From the NCBI GenBank assembly GCA_045537895.1, contig JAZSQI010000044.1, positions 6,307-70,306 on the forward strand: DNA of 64,000 nt. Reading direction: 5' to 3'. Shown one piece after another: positions 9,205-18,031 of this stretch (within the stretch, counting starts at the first letter, position 1; each line of letters opens with the position of its first letter). Both the position numbers and the translations under genes were made by a program. The DNA comes from Clostridia bacterium. GTDB taxonomy: Bacteria > Bacillota > Clostridia > TANB77 > CAG-465. Under the pieces are notes generated by a model that worked only from the letters and a program-made list of their open reading frames with translations, made no database searches and had not been told where the DNA came from.

Positions 9205-10563
9205 ATGAAAATAGTAAAAGATATTAATAAACATATATTTAGAGGTTATGACATAAGAGGTATATACAAAGAGGATTTAGATGAAGATGTTGCATATACA
9301 ATAGGAAAAGGATTTGGTTCGTATATTCAAGAATTAGGGAAAACAGTAGCTATTGTTGGTCGTGATAATAGAATATCATCTCCAGAACTTTCTAATGCAT
9401 TTATAAAAGGAGCTATAGAAACGGGAATAACTGTATATAATATTGGACTAGTTACAACACCTATGTATTATTATTCTTGGGAAAAATTAGGTATAGTGTC
9501 TGGTGCAATGATTACAGCAAGCCATAATCCTAAAGAATATAATGGGTTTAAAATTGCATTTGATGAAAGAGGAAATGCTTGTGGAGAAATGATACAAGAT
9601 TTTAGAAAATATATTGAAAAAGGAATATTTAAAGAGGCGAAAGGTAACGAAAGAAAAGTTGATATAAAGGATGAATATTTAGAGTTTATTAAAAGCTCTA
9701 TTGATATTGGAGATAGAAAAGTAAAAGTGGTTTTAGATGCTGGTAATGGAACAGGAAGTGTAGTAATAAAAGAAGCATTTAAAAATTTAAATGTGGATGC
9801 AGAATATATTTTTTGTGATAGTAATCCTGATTTTCCAAATCACCATCCAGATCCATGTGTAGAGGCTAATTTAGAAAAATTAAAAGAAAAGGTATTAGAA
9901 ACAAAAGCTGATATAGGACTTAGTGTAGATGGTGATGCAGACAGAGTAGGGGCTATTGATGAGAAAGGTAATTTTATACCGGTTGATTATCTGATGATTA
10001 TCGTATGGAGAACAATATATGATAAAGTAAAAAATAAAAGAGCATTATATGATGTAAAATGTTCTAAATCTCTAGCAGATGAATTGGATAAACTTGGTAT
10101 TGAAAAGGTTTGCTATAGAACAGGTAATTCATATATGAAGGCAATGATGAAAGAAGGAGATTTCAATTTCGGTGGTGAATTATCAGGACATATATTCTTT
10201 AGAGATAAATTTCCTGGATTTGATGATGGAATATATGCTTGCTTAAGACTTGTAGAAATATTATCAAAAACAGATAAAAAATTCTCTGAATTATTAGAAG
10301 GAATAAATAGATATTATTCAACCCCTGAAATAAAAATAAAATCAACTGACGAAGAAAAATTTGGTATTGTTGAAAAAGTAAAAGAATATGCCAAAAACAA
10401 AGGGTATAAAATGAATACTATAGATGGAGTAAGAGTAGAATTTGATGATGGATGGGCTTTAGTTAGAGCTTCTAACACAGGACCGGATTTGACAGCTAGA
10501 TTTGAGGGAGTTACTGAAGAGAGAATGAACCAAATAAAAGACGAATTTTTAAGTATTATATAA
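9205..10563 (+). CDS. Phosphomannomutase / phosphoglucomutase family enzyme
   Basis: IFRGYDIRG N-terminal motif, TASHNP phosphoserine loop, DGDADR Mg site, and GGELSGH sugar-binding loop. Confidence 0.85.
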   Translation: MKIVKDINKHIFRGYDIRGIYKEDLDEDVAYTIGKGFGSYIQELGKTVAIVGRDNRISSPELSNAFIKGAIETGITVYNIGLVTTPMYYYSWEKLGIVSGAMITASHNPKEYNGFKIAFDERGNACGEMIQDFRKYIEKGIFKEAKGNERKVDIKDEYLEFIKSSIDIGDRKVKVVLDAGNGTGSVVIKEAFKNLNVDAEYIFCDSNPDFPNHHPDPCVEANLEKLKEKVLETKADIGLSVDGDADRVGAIDEKGNFIPVDYLMIIVWRTIYDKVKNKRALYDVKCSKSLADELDKLGIEKVCYRTGNSYMKAMMKEGDFNFGGELSGHIFFRDKFPGFDDGIYACLRLVEILSKTDKKFSELLEGINRYYSTPEIKIKSTDEEKFGIVEKVKEYAKNKGYKMNTIDGVRVEFDDGWALVRASNTGPDLTARFEGVTEERMNQIKDEFLSII

Positions 10564-10637
10564 TTAAAAACATAAAAAGTACTTTCATTTTTTAAACATA
10601 TGTAATATAATAACGATATACAAATGGAGGAGTATAT

Positions 10638-11678
10638 ATGGAAAAGTATGAAGATATAAAGAAACACGTAAATATTCTTTTAGTTGATGATGATGTTGAT
10701 TATATTGAAGTTACTGCATTTTTTCTTAAAAGTAAAGGCTATAATGTAGATATAGCAACTAATGGTGAAGAAGGAATAAGGAAAGTAAAAGAAGGAAATA
10801 TACATATAGTTTTACTTGATTATTATATGCCTGGACTTACAGGAGAAGATGTAATAAATAAAGTAAGAGAATTTAATAAAGAAATTATTATAATTTTGCA
10901 AACTGGATTTTCAGGGCAGCAACCACCAGCTGAAACTCTGCAAAGATTGAATATTCAAAATTATCATGATAAATCAGATGGGGCTGATAAGTTACTTCTT
11001 CAAGTAATGTCTGCAGTGAGAATATTTAACCAACAAAATGAAATTCAGCTTAGCAAATATAGGGTAAATGCAATAGGCAAGTTAATAAAAGGTATTGCAG
11101 AAGATATGAAGTCACCACTAATGTCTATTAGCGCTGGTATAGAAGCATCAAATGCTCTTATAGAAGACTCTAGAGATGGTATAGATAGGGATACAGTTAG
11201 AGACCTTAAAAAATTCTATGAAAATAATAAAACATATTTAGAGAAAATAGACAAAGTTTTATCAGCTATAATACTTCAAACAAATGATAAGAAAGAAGAT
11301 GAATATTTAGTAGATAAAGATATCTTAGAGAGAATAGATTTAATTTTATCAAATGAAATTAAAACAAGTGGAGTATTGTTTGAAAAAGAAGTTACTTTAA
11401 AACCAAATACTTTCATTCATGGTCATATTAGTGATGTTATATTTATAGTATGTGAATTATTAAATAATATAATGAATGTTTCTAGTATAGGAGATAGTGT
11501 AAAATTATCTCTTAAAGAGGATGAGTCTTTTTGGTATATATGTATCGAAAATAGCAATATTCCAAATATGGATCAAAGTGAACTATATTTAATAAACAAT
11601 ATAATATGTACATTAGAAGGTGTATATATGGAGCCATTACAAGACAGAATTGTAATAGGAATAGATAAAAAAATATAA
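10638..11678 (+). CDS. Response-regulator receiver domain fused to a degenerate (His-less) histidine-kinase-like module
   Basis: REC features: LLVDDD, VLLDYYMPG (D61) and HDK. The dimerisation H-box reads IAEDMKSPL, with Glu where SHELRTPL has His. An N-box-like ELLNNIMN is present, but I see no clear G1/G2 ATP-lid boxes. Confidence 0.65.
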   Translation: MEKYEDIKKHVNILLVDDDVDYIEVTAFFLKSKGYNVDIATNGEEGIRKVKEGNIHIVLLDYYMPGLTGEDVINKVREFNKEIIIILQTGFSGQQPPAETLQRLNIQNYHDKSDGADKLLLQVMSAVRIFNQQNEIQLSKYRVNAIGKLIKGIAEDMKSPLMSISAGIEASNALIEDSRDGIDRDTVRDLKKFYENNKTYLEKIDKVLSAIILQTNDKKEDEYLVDKDILERIDLILSNEIKTSGVLFEKEVTLKPNTFIHGHISDVIFIVCELLNNIMNVSSIGDSVKLSLKEDESFWYICIENSNIPNMDQSELYLINNIICTLEGVYMEPLQDRIVIGIDKKI

Positions 11679-11683
11679 AATAA

Positions 11684-11719
11684 AAAACTCGTTTGTTATA
11701 TAAATAATAAACGAGTTTT
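11684..11719. terminator. Bidirectional terminator between convergent genes
   Basis: AAAACTCGTTT pairs with AAACGAGTTTT (11-bp stem), flanked by A and T runs. Confidence 0.6.
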
Positions 11720-11726
11720 AATTTTT

Positions 11727-12413
11727 TTAATCAGAGATATCATCACTGTTTTGAATTTCCCATCCTTTAATATTTGAACGTTTAATAGCGCCGAAAATAT
11801 GCTCTTTAACTTTAGGAATATCTTTTTTCATTTCTTTAATTAAATCTTTCATATATTCTCTTTTAGTAAAGCCATCAGCAGGGCAGCATTTATTCATTGT
11901 AGGGTAGTTTTTATCTCTTGCAACTGCTCTAATAGATTTTTCGTCTACATATATCATAGGTCTAATAGTTTTAACATCACTTCTACTAAGATAAGTAACA
12001 GGAGCAAATGTATGAATTTTACCATTTAAGAAAACGCTCATCATAAAAGTTTCCATTACATCATCCATATGATGTCCCAAAGCTATTTTATTACATCCAT
12101 GTTCTATAGCTAAACTATTAAGCATTCCTCTTCTCATATTAGCACATAATGAACAAGGATTTTTTTCTTTTCTAATATCAAATACAACTTCAGAAATGTT
12201 TGAATTGTACACTAAATATTCAACACCAAGCTGGTCGCAAAGTTTCTGTAGTTCATCTGTTTTAAAAGTTTTACTTCCTGGATGAATAGTTATTGCCATA
12301 ATATCAAATTTTTTTGTATAAAATTTCTTTAGATAGTATAATGCATATAAAAGGGTAATACTATCTTTTCCACCTGATAAGCCTATAGCTACTTTATCTC
12401 CGTCATCTATCAT
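11727..12413 (-). CDS. ttcA: TtcA-family PP-loop ATPase (tRNA 2-thiocytidine biosynthesis type); 5' end problematic
   Basis: GLSGGKDS PP-loop and CSLCANMRRG Cys motif. The conserved N-terminal stretch KLYGKVRKAIDDFN is readable in frame upstream of ATG 12413, but without any start codon (see finding). Confidence 0.8.
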   Translation of the reverse strand: MIDDGDKVAIGLSGGKDSITLLYALYYLKKFYTKKFDIMAITIHPGSKTFKTDELQKLCDQLGVEYLVYNSNISEVVFDIRKEKNPCSLCANMRRGMLNSLAIEHGCNKIALGHHMDDVMETFMMSVFLNGKIHTFAPVTYLSRSDVKTIRPMIYVDEKSIRAVARDKNYPTMNKCCPADGFTKREYMKDLIKEMKKDIPKVKEHIFGAIKRSNIKGWEIQNSDDISD

Positions 12414-12641
12414 ATTAAAGTCGTCTATTGCTTTTCTTACTTTTCCGTATAATTTGTTGTAACATTTAAAATCACCTACATATATTATATAAAAATATGT
12501 TGCAGATGTCTAGTATGTGTTGATATATGTTAGGTATATAATAATTAAAAAAATATAAACATATTTACTATTTAAGGTATATTTTTGCGTTATTTTATGA
12601 TAAAATATATAAGGATGGTTAGCAATATTTATGGTGAGAAT

Positions 12642-14240
12642 ATGGAAAGAAGATATATAAGCGAAGAAAGGTATAAAAAAGTTTCAAGAAAAGCATCAAG
12701 AAAAAGAACTGTAAAAAGAATTAGTAATAGTAAATCTAGTTTAAAAAATAAAAATATACAAATGAAGAAAAAATCTAACAACAAAAAATATAAGGTGAAT
12801 AAAAATAAGTTTGTTAGATTTGTTTTTTGCTTTTTACTTATTGTAGTAATTGCTGTAATTGCAAGAGCTATAACAAGAGAAGAACATGAACCATTTATAC
12901 TAATCTTTTCAAACAATGTAGAAGAAAATACAGAAAGTATAGATATAGCAATTTATGATAGTGTAAATATAAATACTAATAATTTCGTAATAACTGAATT
13001 AGAGCAATATATTTATCCTATGCTTTTGAGGATTAATAGTGATTATTCGTTAGGTTTTGAGATTATATCTAACATATCAAAAATTAATAATAAAGAATAT
13101 GAGATTGATATTAATGAAAAATCAGGTATAAATACAGTTGATGTAAAAGATAGAATAGATAGCATAATTAATGAAAAAAACAAATATTATTCTAAGGTGC
13201 AAAATATTGATAAAGTGGAAATAAAATCAGAAAATAAATTATATATTACCTTAAAAACAGAAGATGAGTATTTTATATATAACCTTAATATTCCTATATA
13301 TAAATCAGTAGGAAATTATGGTCTATATAATATAGACAACTCTAGTAATGAGAATATGCTAAAATTGGTTAGAAAAGATAATGTAAGCAAAGAATATGTA
13401 AAATACATAAATATAATAAAAGTTGCTAGTGAAGATACGGCTATAAGCATGTATAAACAAGGAAGTTTGGATGTGTTTTTTAGCACAACTACTAATGTTG
13501 CAAAAATGCTTGGAAAATATGAGTATGATATAAAGGCATATAATAGTGGTGAAAGTATATTTTTAATATTTAATCCTAAATCTTCTATCATAAATGAAAA
13601 ATATATAAGACAAATAGTTGCGTACAGTATTGATAGAGAGAATATATTATCAGAAGTGCAAAGTAGTAATGGCAAAGTAATAGACCTGCCATATATAAAT
13701 GATGAAATTAAATATAAGTATGATGTATATGCAGCTGATAATTTACTTTTGTCTAATGGCTATAAGAAAAATAAATTGTATTATGCAAAAGCAGGGAAAA
13801 ACTTAACTTTGAAATTGCTTGTTAATGAAGCAGATGAAAAAAAGGTGAATATTGCAAATAAAATAAAAAATGATTTGCTTAAAGTAGGAGTAAATGTAAC
13901 TATTAATAAAGCTAGTGAAAAACAGATTTTAAACATAAAGAGTACAAATGATTATGATATGTTACTTGCTAGTATATATATTAATGAAAATCCAAATATA
14001 AATTATTTAAAAGACAGCTTGATTATATCAAGTGACATAAATGATAAAATGAGGATGATAAAAGATTCTGAGTATAATGGTATTAATCAGCATATATCAG
14101 ATTTAAAAACAACATTATCAGATAATATATCAATGTATGGGATATATTCTAAAAGCAATTATGTTGTTTGCAGAAAAAACTTAGAAGTATTTAAAAATAT
14201 AAATTATATGAACTTATTTAGTGAATATTTTAACAAGTAA
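12642..14240 (+). CDS. Membrane-anchored protein with basic N-terminal tail and a large extracytoplasmic domain, possibly solute-binding-protein family 5-like
   Basis: GGTGAG SD precedes ATG 12642. A Lys/Arg-rich tail is followed by the TM helix FVFCFLLIVVIAVIA. The SBP-5 resemblance is only a weak impression, and no transporter genes are adjacent. Confidence 0.45.
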   Translation: MERRYISEERYKKVSRKASRKRTVKRISNSKSSLKNKNIQMKKKSNNKKYKVNKNKFVRFVFCFLLIVVIAVIARAITREEHEPFILIFSNNVEENTESIDIAIYDSVNINTNNFVITELEQYIYPMLLRINSDYSLGFEIISNISKINNKEYEIDINEKSGINTVDVKDRIDSIINEKNKYYSKVQNIDKVEIKSENKLYITLKTEDEYFIYNLNIPIYKSVGNYGLYNIDNSSNENMLKLVRKDNVSKEYVKYINIIKVASEDTAISMYKQGSLDVFFSTTTNVAKMLGKYEYDIKAYNSGESIFLIFNPKSSIINEKYIRQIVAYSIDRENILSEVQSSNGKVIDLPYINDEIKYKYDVYAADNLLLSNGYKKNKLYYAKAGKNLTLKLLVNEADEKKVNIANKIKNDLLKVGVNVTINKASEKQILNIKSTNDYDMLLASIYINENPNINYLKDSLIISSDINDKMRMIKDSEYNGINQHISDLKTTLSDNISMYGIYSKSNYVVCRKNLEVFKNINYMNLFSEYFNK

Positions 14241-14254
14241 AGTAGGGGGGAAGC

Positions 14255-14407
14255 ATGGAGTATAACAATATAAGTAATGAAGAATTAGGCAAAATGATAG
14301 AAAATGTATTAAATGGAAATCCTGTAGATATGACTATTAATGATGATAAATATGTAGATGAAAAAGCAGAAGCTTTTATTAAGTCTTTAAAAGATATGGT
14401 ATACTAA
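14255..14407 (+). CDS. Small acidic hypothetical protein (50 aa), below the ORF-track cutoff
   Basis: A GGGGGG-containing SD (AGTAGGGGGGAAGC) lies directly before ATG 14255. The frame MEYNNISNEELGKMIENVLNGNPVDMTINDDKYVDEKAEAFIKSLKDMVY is open and ends at TAA 14405-14407. Confidence 0.45.
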   Translation: MEYNNISNEELGKMIENVLNGNPVDMTINDDKYVDEKAEAFIKSLKDMVY

Positions 14408-14525
14408 TAGTAGGGTATTGACATATAGTGTATAATATATATGTACCTTTTTCTAGGATGTAACTTTCCTTAAGAGTTATTTCTTGGTTTTAGGTGAAAA
14501 TGAATAATTTAAGGAGGTCATTAAA

Positions 14526-14789
14526 ATGACAAAAGAAAGAAAAGCAGAACTTATAAAAACTTATGCTCAAGGTGAAAATGATACAGGAAGTACAGAAGTA
14601 CAAGTAGCATTATTAACTGAAAGAATTAATGAATTAACAGAGCATTTAAAAGTTCATAAAAAAGACGAACACTCAAGAAGAGGTCTTTTAAACATGGTTG
14701 GTAAGAGAAAAAGCTTACTAAGATATCTTGAAGGTAGAGATATTGAAAAATACCGTGAATTAATTGCTAAATTAGGAATTAGAAAATAG
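14526..14789 (+). CDS. rpsO: 30S ribosomal protein S15
   Basis: AAGGAGG SD. The 87-aa protein carries the S15 hallmarks [35 protein letters not shown]. Confidence 0.97.
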   Translation: MTKERKAELIKTYAQGENDTGSTEVQVALLTERINELTEHLKVHKKDEHSRRGLLNMVGKRKSLLRYLEGRDIEKYRELIAKLGIRK

Positions 14790-14798
14790 TAATTTATG

Positions 14799-14828
14799 GA
14801 GTAGCATTATCGCTACTCTTCTTTTTTA
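14799..14828 (+). terminator. rpsO terminator
   Basis: GAGTAGC pairs with GCTACTC, followed by CTTCTTTTTT. Confidence 0.7.
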
Positions 14829-14860
14829 TTAATTTTTTTAATTAAATTTGACATAAATGC

Positions 14861-14889
14861 TTGACAAAAAGTTTTGTTTGTTGTAAAAT
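14861..14889 (+). promoter_or_regulatory. Sigma-A-like promoter of ncRNA unit A
   Basis: TTGACA (14861-14866), 17-nt spacer, TAAAAT (14884-14889). Confidence 0.6.
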
Positions 14890-14895
14890 ATATAT

Positions 14896-15350
14896 CACTA
14901 ACCTAATTTTTATTGATATTAATTATATATCAAGGAGTATTAGAATGTTAGGTATTAATTATGTGTTGAGAATTCTATTATTATTTTTTTGTTGACAAGT
15001 CACAAAATACCATTAACGTGAGATAAAAAGAAGACGAAGTATAAACTGAATTCTTTTTGGTGTGTTACTAACGAAGGTACAGAACTCAAAATACACATAT
15101 TAATATAATCCTAACTGGATTGATAGAGAAAGTGGCAATCTAGTTATAAATAATGTGAAATATGAATGTATAAAGTAGCATTAGCAGAGTAGACTTGGCA
15201 AAATCTAAATTTTAAATAATTAGAACCTGTTAATTATTTTGTAAAATATTAGATACTCTGTGGAATTTAAATGAGTTGCATGACAAGAACTCATCCAAAT
15301 GTCTATAAAGCCATAAGAACGCCTCCGGCGCCCATAAGGGCGCCTTTTCT
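14896..15350 (+). ncRNA. Candidate large structured ncRNA, unit A (~455 nt); family not recognised
   Basis: Runs from its own promoter to a GC-only terminator (GGCGCCC/GGGCGCC 15327-15344, then TTTT). No ORF is conserved with unit B. It shares a 5' hairpin and a 3' multi-helix domain with unit B, including compensatory stem changes. Confidence 0.6.
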
Positions 15351-15393
15351 ATTATACAGCCATAGTAAATATATGTTAGTTAATACTTTTTTC

Positions 15394-15421
15394 TTGACAT
15401 TATGAATAAAAAGAGTATAAT
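15394..15421 (+). promoter_or_regulatory. Sigma-A-like promoter of ncRNA unit B
   Basis: TTGACA (15394-15399), 16-nt spacer, TATAAT (15416-15421). Confidence 0.6.
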
Positions 15422-15427
15422 ATATCT

Positions 15428-15940
15428 ACTAGTTAATTTTTATATTGATATTAACTATATATCAAGGATTAGTATATTAAATGATGTGAAAAATATTAAA
15501 GTATAATTTGGTTATTTCATATATCGTCATATCACGTTGTACATAGAGGAATGTATAATAAAAATATGATGAGCCATTGCTACACTGTAAGTAGAAGAAT
15601 TTACTGTAAGGCAAGGAGAATTGTTATAACTTTATTTACTTAATGACGGTTTCTTGGCTCCCGTTTGATTTTATCACTCATTTTAATATAAAATTAGCAA
15701 TAATAGCTGGAAAGTGAGGAGTAGAAATGGCCGATATCTAGAAAGCTTAGCTAGCAAATAGTATGAAAATGTGGGAAATGAGTAATACTAGCGAAGAGAC
15801 ATGGCAAAATCTACATTTGAATTGAGAGAGTCGCGAATCTTCTCACTAAAATAGTAGACTTCGTGGATAATAATTGGGCTTCCCAAAAGCTCATCCAATG
15901 TCTATAAAGCCAACCGGGCGCCTTAGTAGGGCGCCCTTTA
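15428..15940 (+). ncRNA. Candidate large structured ncRNA, unit B (~510 nt), paralog of unit A
   Basis: Same 5' hairpin as unit A (TTGATAT-N7-ATATCAA at 15445-15465). Same 3' blocks (TGGCAAAATCTACATTT, CCAATGTCTATAAAGCC). GC-only terminator GGGCGCC/GGCGCCC at 15916-15936. Confidence 0.6.
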
Positions 15941-16022
15941 CCGTTGTTTAGTTAAAATTAATTGAAATTGTGATAAATATAATATATAATACAAGATATA
16001 TGAAAAGGGATTGAGGAAATAG

Positions 16023-17978
16023 ATGGGCAAAAAAGTAATAATAGCAGAAAAACCAAGCGTTGCAAGAGAATTTGCAAAAGCTTTAAATATAAATGGTAGA
16101 AATCAAAATGGGTATATAGAATCAGAAGAATATGTAGTAACATGGTGCGTTGGACATCTAGTTACGATGAGTTACCCTGAAAAATATGATGAAAATTTAA
16201 GGTATTGGAATTTGAAAACATTACCTTTTATTCCAGTAGAGTTTAAATACGAAATAATAGATAGTGTATCAAAACAATTTGAAATTATATCTAATATACT
16301 AAATAGAGAAGATGTTGAAACCATCTATGTATGTACTGACTCAGGGCGTGAAGGAGAATATATATACAGATTAGTAGATGAAATGGCAGGAAATCCAAAT
16401 AAAGATAAAAGAAGAGTCTGGATTGATTCTCAAACAGAGGAAGCAATTAAAGAGGGAATAGCAAGCGCTAAAAAATTAGATGAATATAATAGTTTATCTG
16501 ATTCTGCATATTTAAGAGCAAAAGAAGATTATTTAATAGGAATAAATTTTTCTAGACTGTTATCAATAATTTATGGAAAAGAGCTTGCAAAAAAACTTAA
16601 TCAGGACAAAGCAGTTATTTCTATTGGGCGTGTTATGACTTGTGTTCTTGGAATGATTGTAAAAAGAGAAAGAGAGATAAGAGATTTTAAAAAAGTAAAC
16701 TTCTATAAAATACAGGGGTTGTTTGGTGAAACCTTAGATGGTAGTATAAATGCTGAGTGGAAAGCAACGCAAGGTTCTAAATATTTTGAAAGTGTAAAAT
16801 TATATAATGAAACTGGCTTTAAGAAAAAAGAAGATGCCGAAAGTTTAATAGAAGAGTTAAGACGAAATAATGAATTTGGAATAGTAAAAGAAATAACTAA
16901 AAAAAATCAAAAAGAAAAACCACCTTTACTTTTTAATTTGGCAGAAATACAAAATGAATGCAGTAAGAGATTTAAGATTACACCAGAGGAAACGTTAAAT
17001 ATAATACAAGAATTGTATGAGAAAAAACTTGTTACATATCCTAGAACTGATGCTAGAGTATTATCTACTGCAGTTGCAAAGGAAATATCAAAGAACTTAA
17101 ATGGACTATATAAATCTAACATAAATTATGAAATAAAAAAATATATTACAAAAATGGTAAATGAAAAATATAGTACTAATTTATTAAAAACAAAATATGT
17201 TGATGATTCAAAAATAACGGACCATTATGCAATAATTCCAACAGGTCAGGGATTTGAAAATTATACTAATCTTAAAGAACTTCAAAAAGATATATATCAT
17301 TTAATTGTTAGAAGATTTTTAAGTATATTTTATCCTCCTGCTGAATTTAGTAAGGTATCAGTAAAGATTAACGTTGGAAATGAAGAGTTTAACGTAAGTG
17401 GAAGGGTATGTTTAAATCAAGGCTATTTAGAAGTTGCAAAACAAGATAAACAAAAAAATTCTAAAGAAGATGATGACTTAAAAAATGAGAACATCGAATT
17501 ATTAAAGAATTTGAAAAAAGGACAGCAAGTAAAAATAAATGATTTGACTATTAAAGAAGGAGAAACTTCACCACCAAGTAGATATTCGTCAGGTTCTATA
17601 ATACTTGCTATGGAAAATGCAGGTAAATTAATTGAAGATGAAGAACTAAGAGAACAAATAAAGGGTAGTGGTATTGGAACAAGTGCAACAAGAGCAGAGA
17701 TTATAAATAAGCTATGCAGAATAGAGTATATTAGTATAAATAAAAAAACACAAATATTAACACCTACAGAAAAAGGTGAGGCAATATTTGATATTGTTGT
17801 AAAGACAATGCCAGACATGTTAAATCCTGAGCTTACAGCAAGCTGGGAAAAGGGACTTACTATGGTTGCTCAAAATGAGATTAAAGCAGATGAGTTTATG
17901 GGGAAACTTGAAAAGTATGTTAGCTCTAAGGTTATAAAATTAAAAAAGGCATATAATAATTTTTATTACGGGATGTAG
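16023..17978 (+). CDS. topB: DNA topoisomerase III
   Basis: Toprim N-terminus MGKKVIIAEKPSVAREFAKAL and WCVGHL. Type IA core motifs: TDSGREGE, and YPRTD containing the catalytic Tyr. Confidence 0.9.
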   Translation: MGKKVIIAEKPSVAREFAKALNINGRNQNGYIESEEYVVTWCVGHLVTMSYPEKYDENLRYWNLKTLPFIPVEFKYEIIDSVSKQFEIISNILNREDVETIYVCTDSGREGEYIYRLVDEMAGNPNKDKRRVWIDSQTEEAIKEGIASAKKLDEYNSLSDSAYLRAKEDYLIGINFSRLLSIIYGKELAKKLNQDKAVISIGRVMTCVLGMIVKREREIRDFKKVNFYKIQGLFGETLDGSINAEWKATQGSKYFESVKLYNETGFKKKEDAESLIEELRRNNEFGIVKEITKKNQKEKPPLLFNLAEIQNECSKRFKITPEETLNIIQELYEKKLVTYPRTDARVLSTAVAKEISKNLNGLYKSNINYEIKKYITKMVNEKYSTNLLKTKYVDDSKITDHYAIIPTGQGFENYTNLKELQKDIYHLIVRRFLSIFYPPAEFSKVSVKINVGNEEFNVSGRVCLNQGYLEVAKQDKQKNSKEDDDLKNENIELLKNLKKGQQVKINDLTIKEGETSPPSRYSSGSIILAMENAGKLIEDEELREQIKGSGIGTSATRAEIINKLCRIEYISINKKTQILTPTEKGEAIFDIVVKTMPDMLNPELTASWEKGLTMVAQNEIKADEFMGKLEKYVSSKVIKLKKAYNNFYYGM

Positions 17979-17996
17979 AAAAAATATTGGAAATAA

Positions 17997-18025
17997 TTGA
18001 CAAGAAATACACGTGATGGTATAAT
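17997..18025 (+). promoter_or_regulatory. Strong extended -10 promoter of the candidate antitoxin sRNA
   Basis: TTGACA (17997-18002), 17-nt spacer, TGgTATAAT (18017-18025). Confidence 0.65.
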
Positions 18026-18031
18026 ATATAT

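Noticed and set aside
12585-12641. Longer N-terminus of the SBP-like protein, starting at 12585 or 12615.
   Set aside because: Neither position has an SD, whereas ATG 12642 is preceded by GGTGAG at proper spacing. Similar trimming was applied at 3896, 21781, 42267, 52642, 55037, 56547 and 58242.
14848-14853. A second TTGACA hexamer 13 nt upstream of the unit A promoter.
   Set aside because: No -10-like hexamer lies at 16-18 nt spacing. The 14861 hexamer pairs properly with TAAAAT.
14945-14995. 16-aa hydrophobic mini-ORF (MLGINYVLRILLLFFC) with an AAGGAG SD at the 5' end of ncRNA unit A. It could be read as a leader peptide or micro-toxin.
   Set aside because: The equivalent position in unit B reads AAGGAT...ATGATGTGA (two codons), so the ORF is not conserved. 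The AGGA is more likely part of the RNA structure or motif.
14830-16020. The idea that the ORF-free rpsO-topB gap is a decayed pnp pseudogene.
   Set aside because: I saw no extended PNPase-like reading-frame remnants in any frame. The region instead parses cleanly into two promoter-to-terminator units with hairpin covariation.
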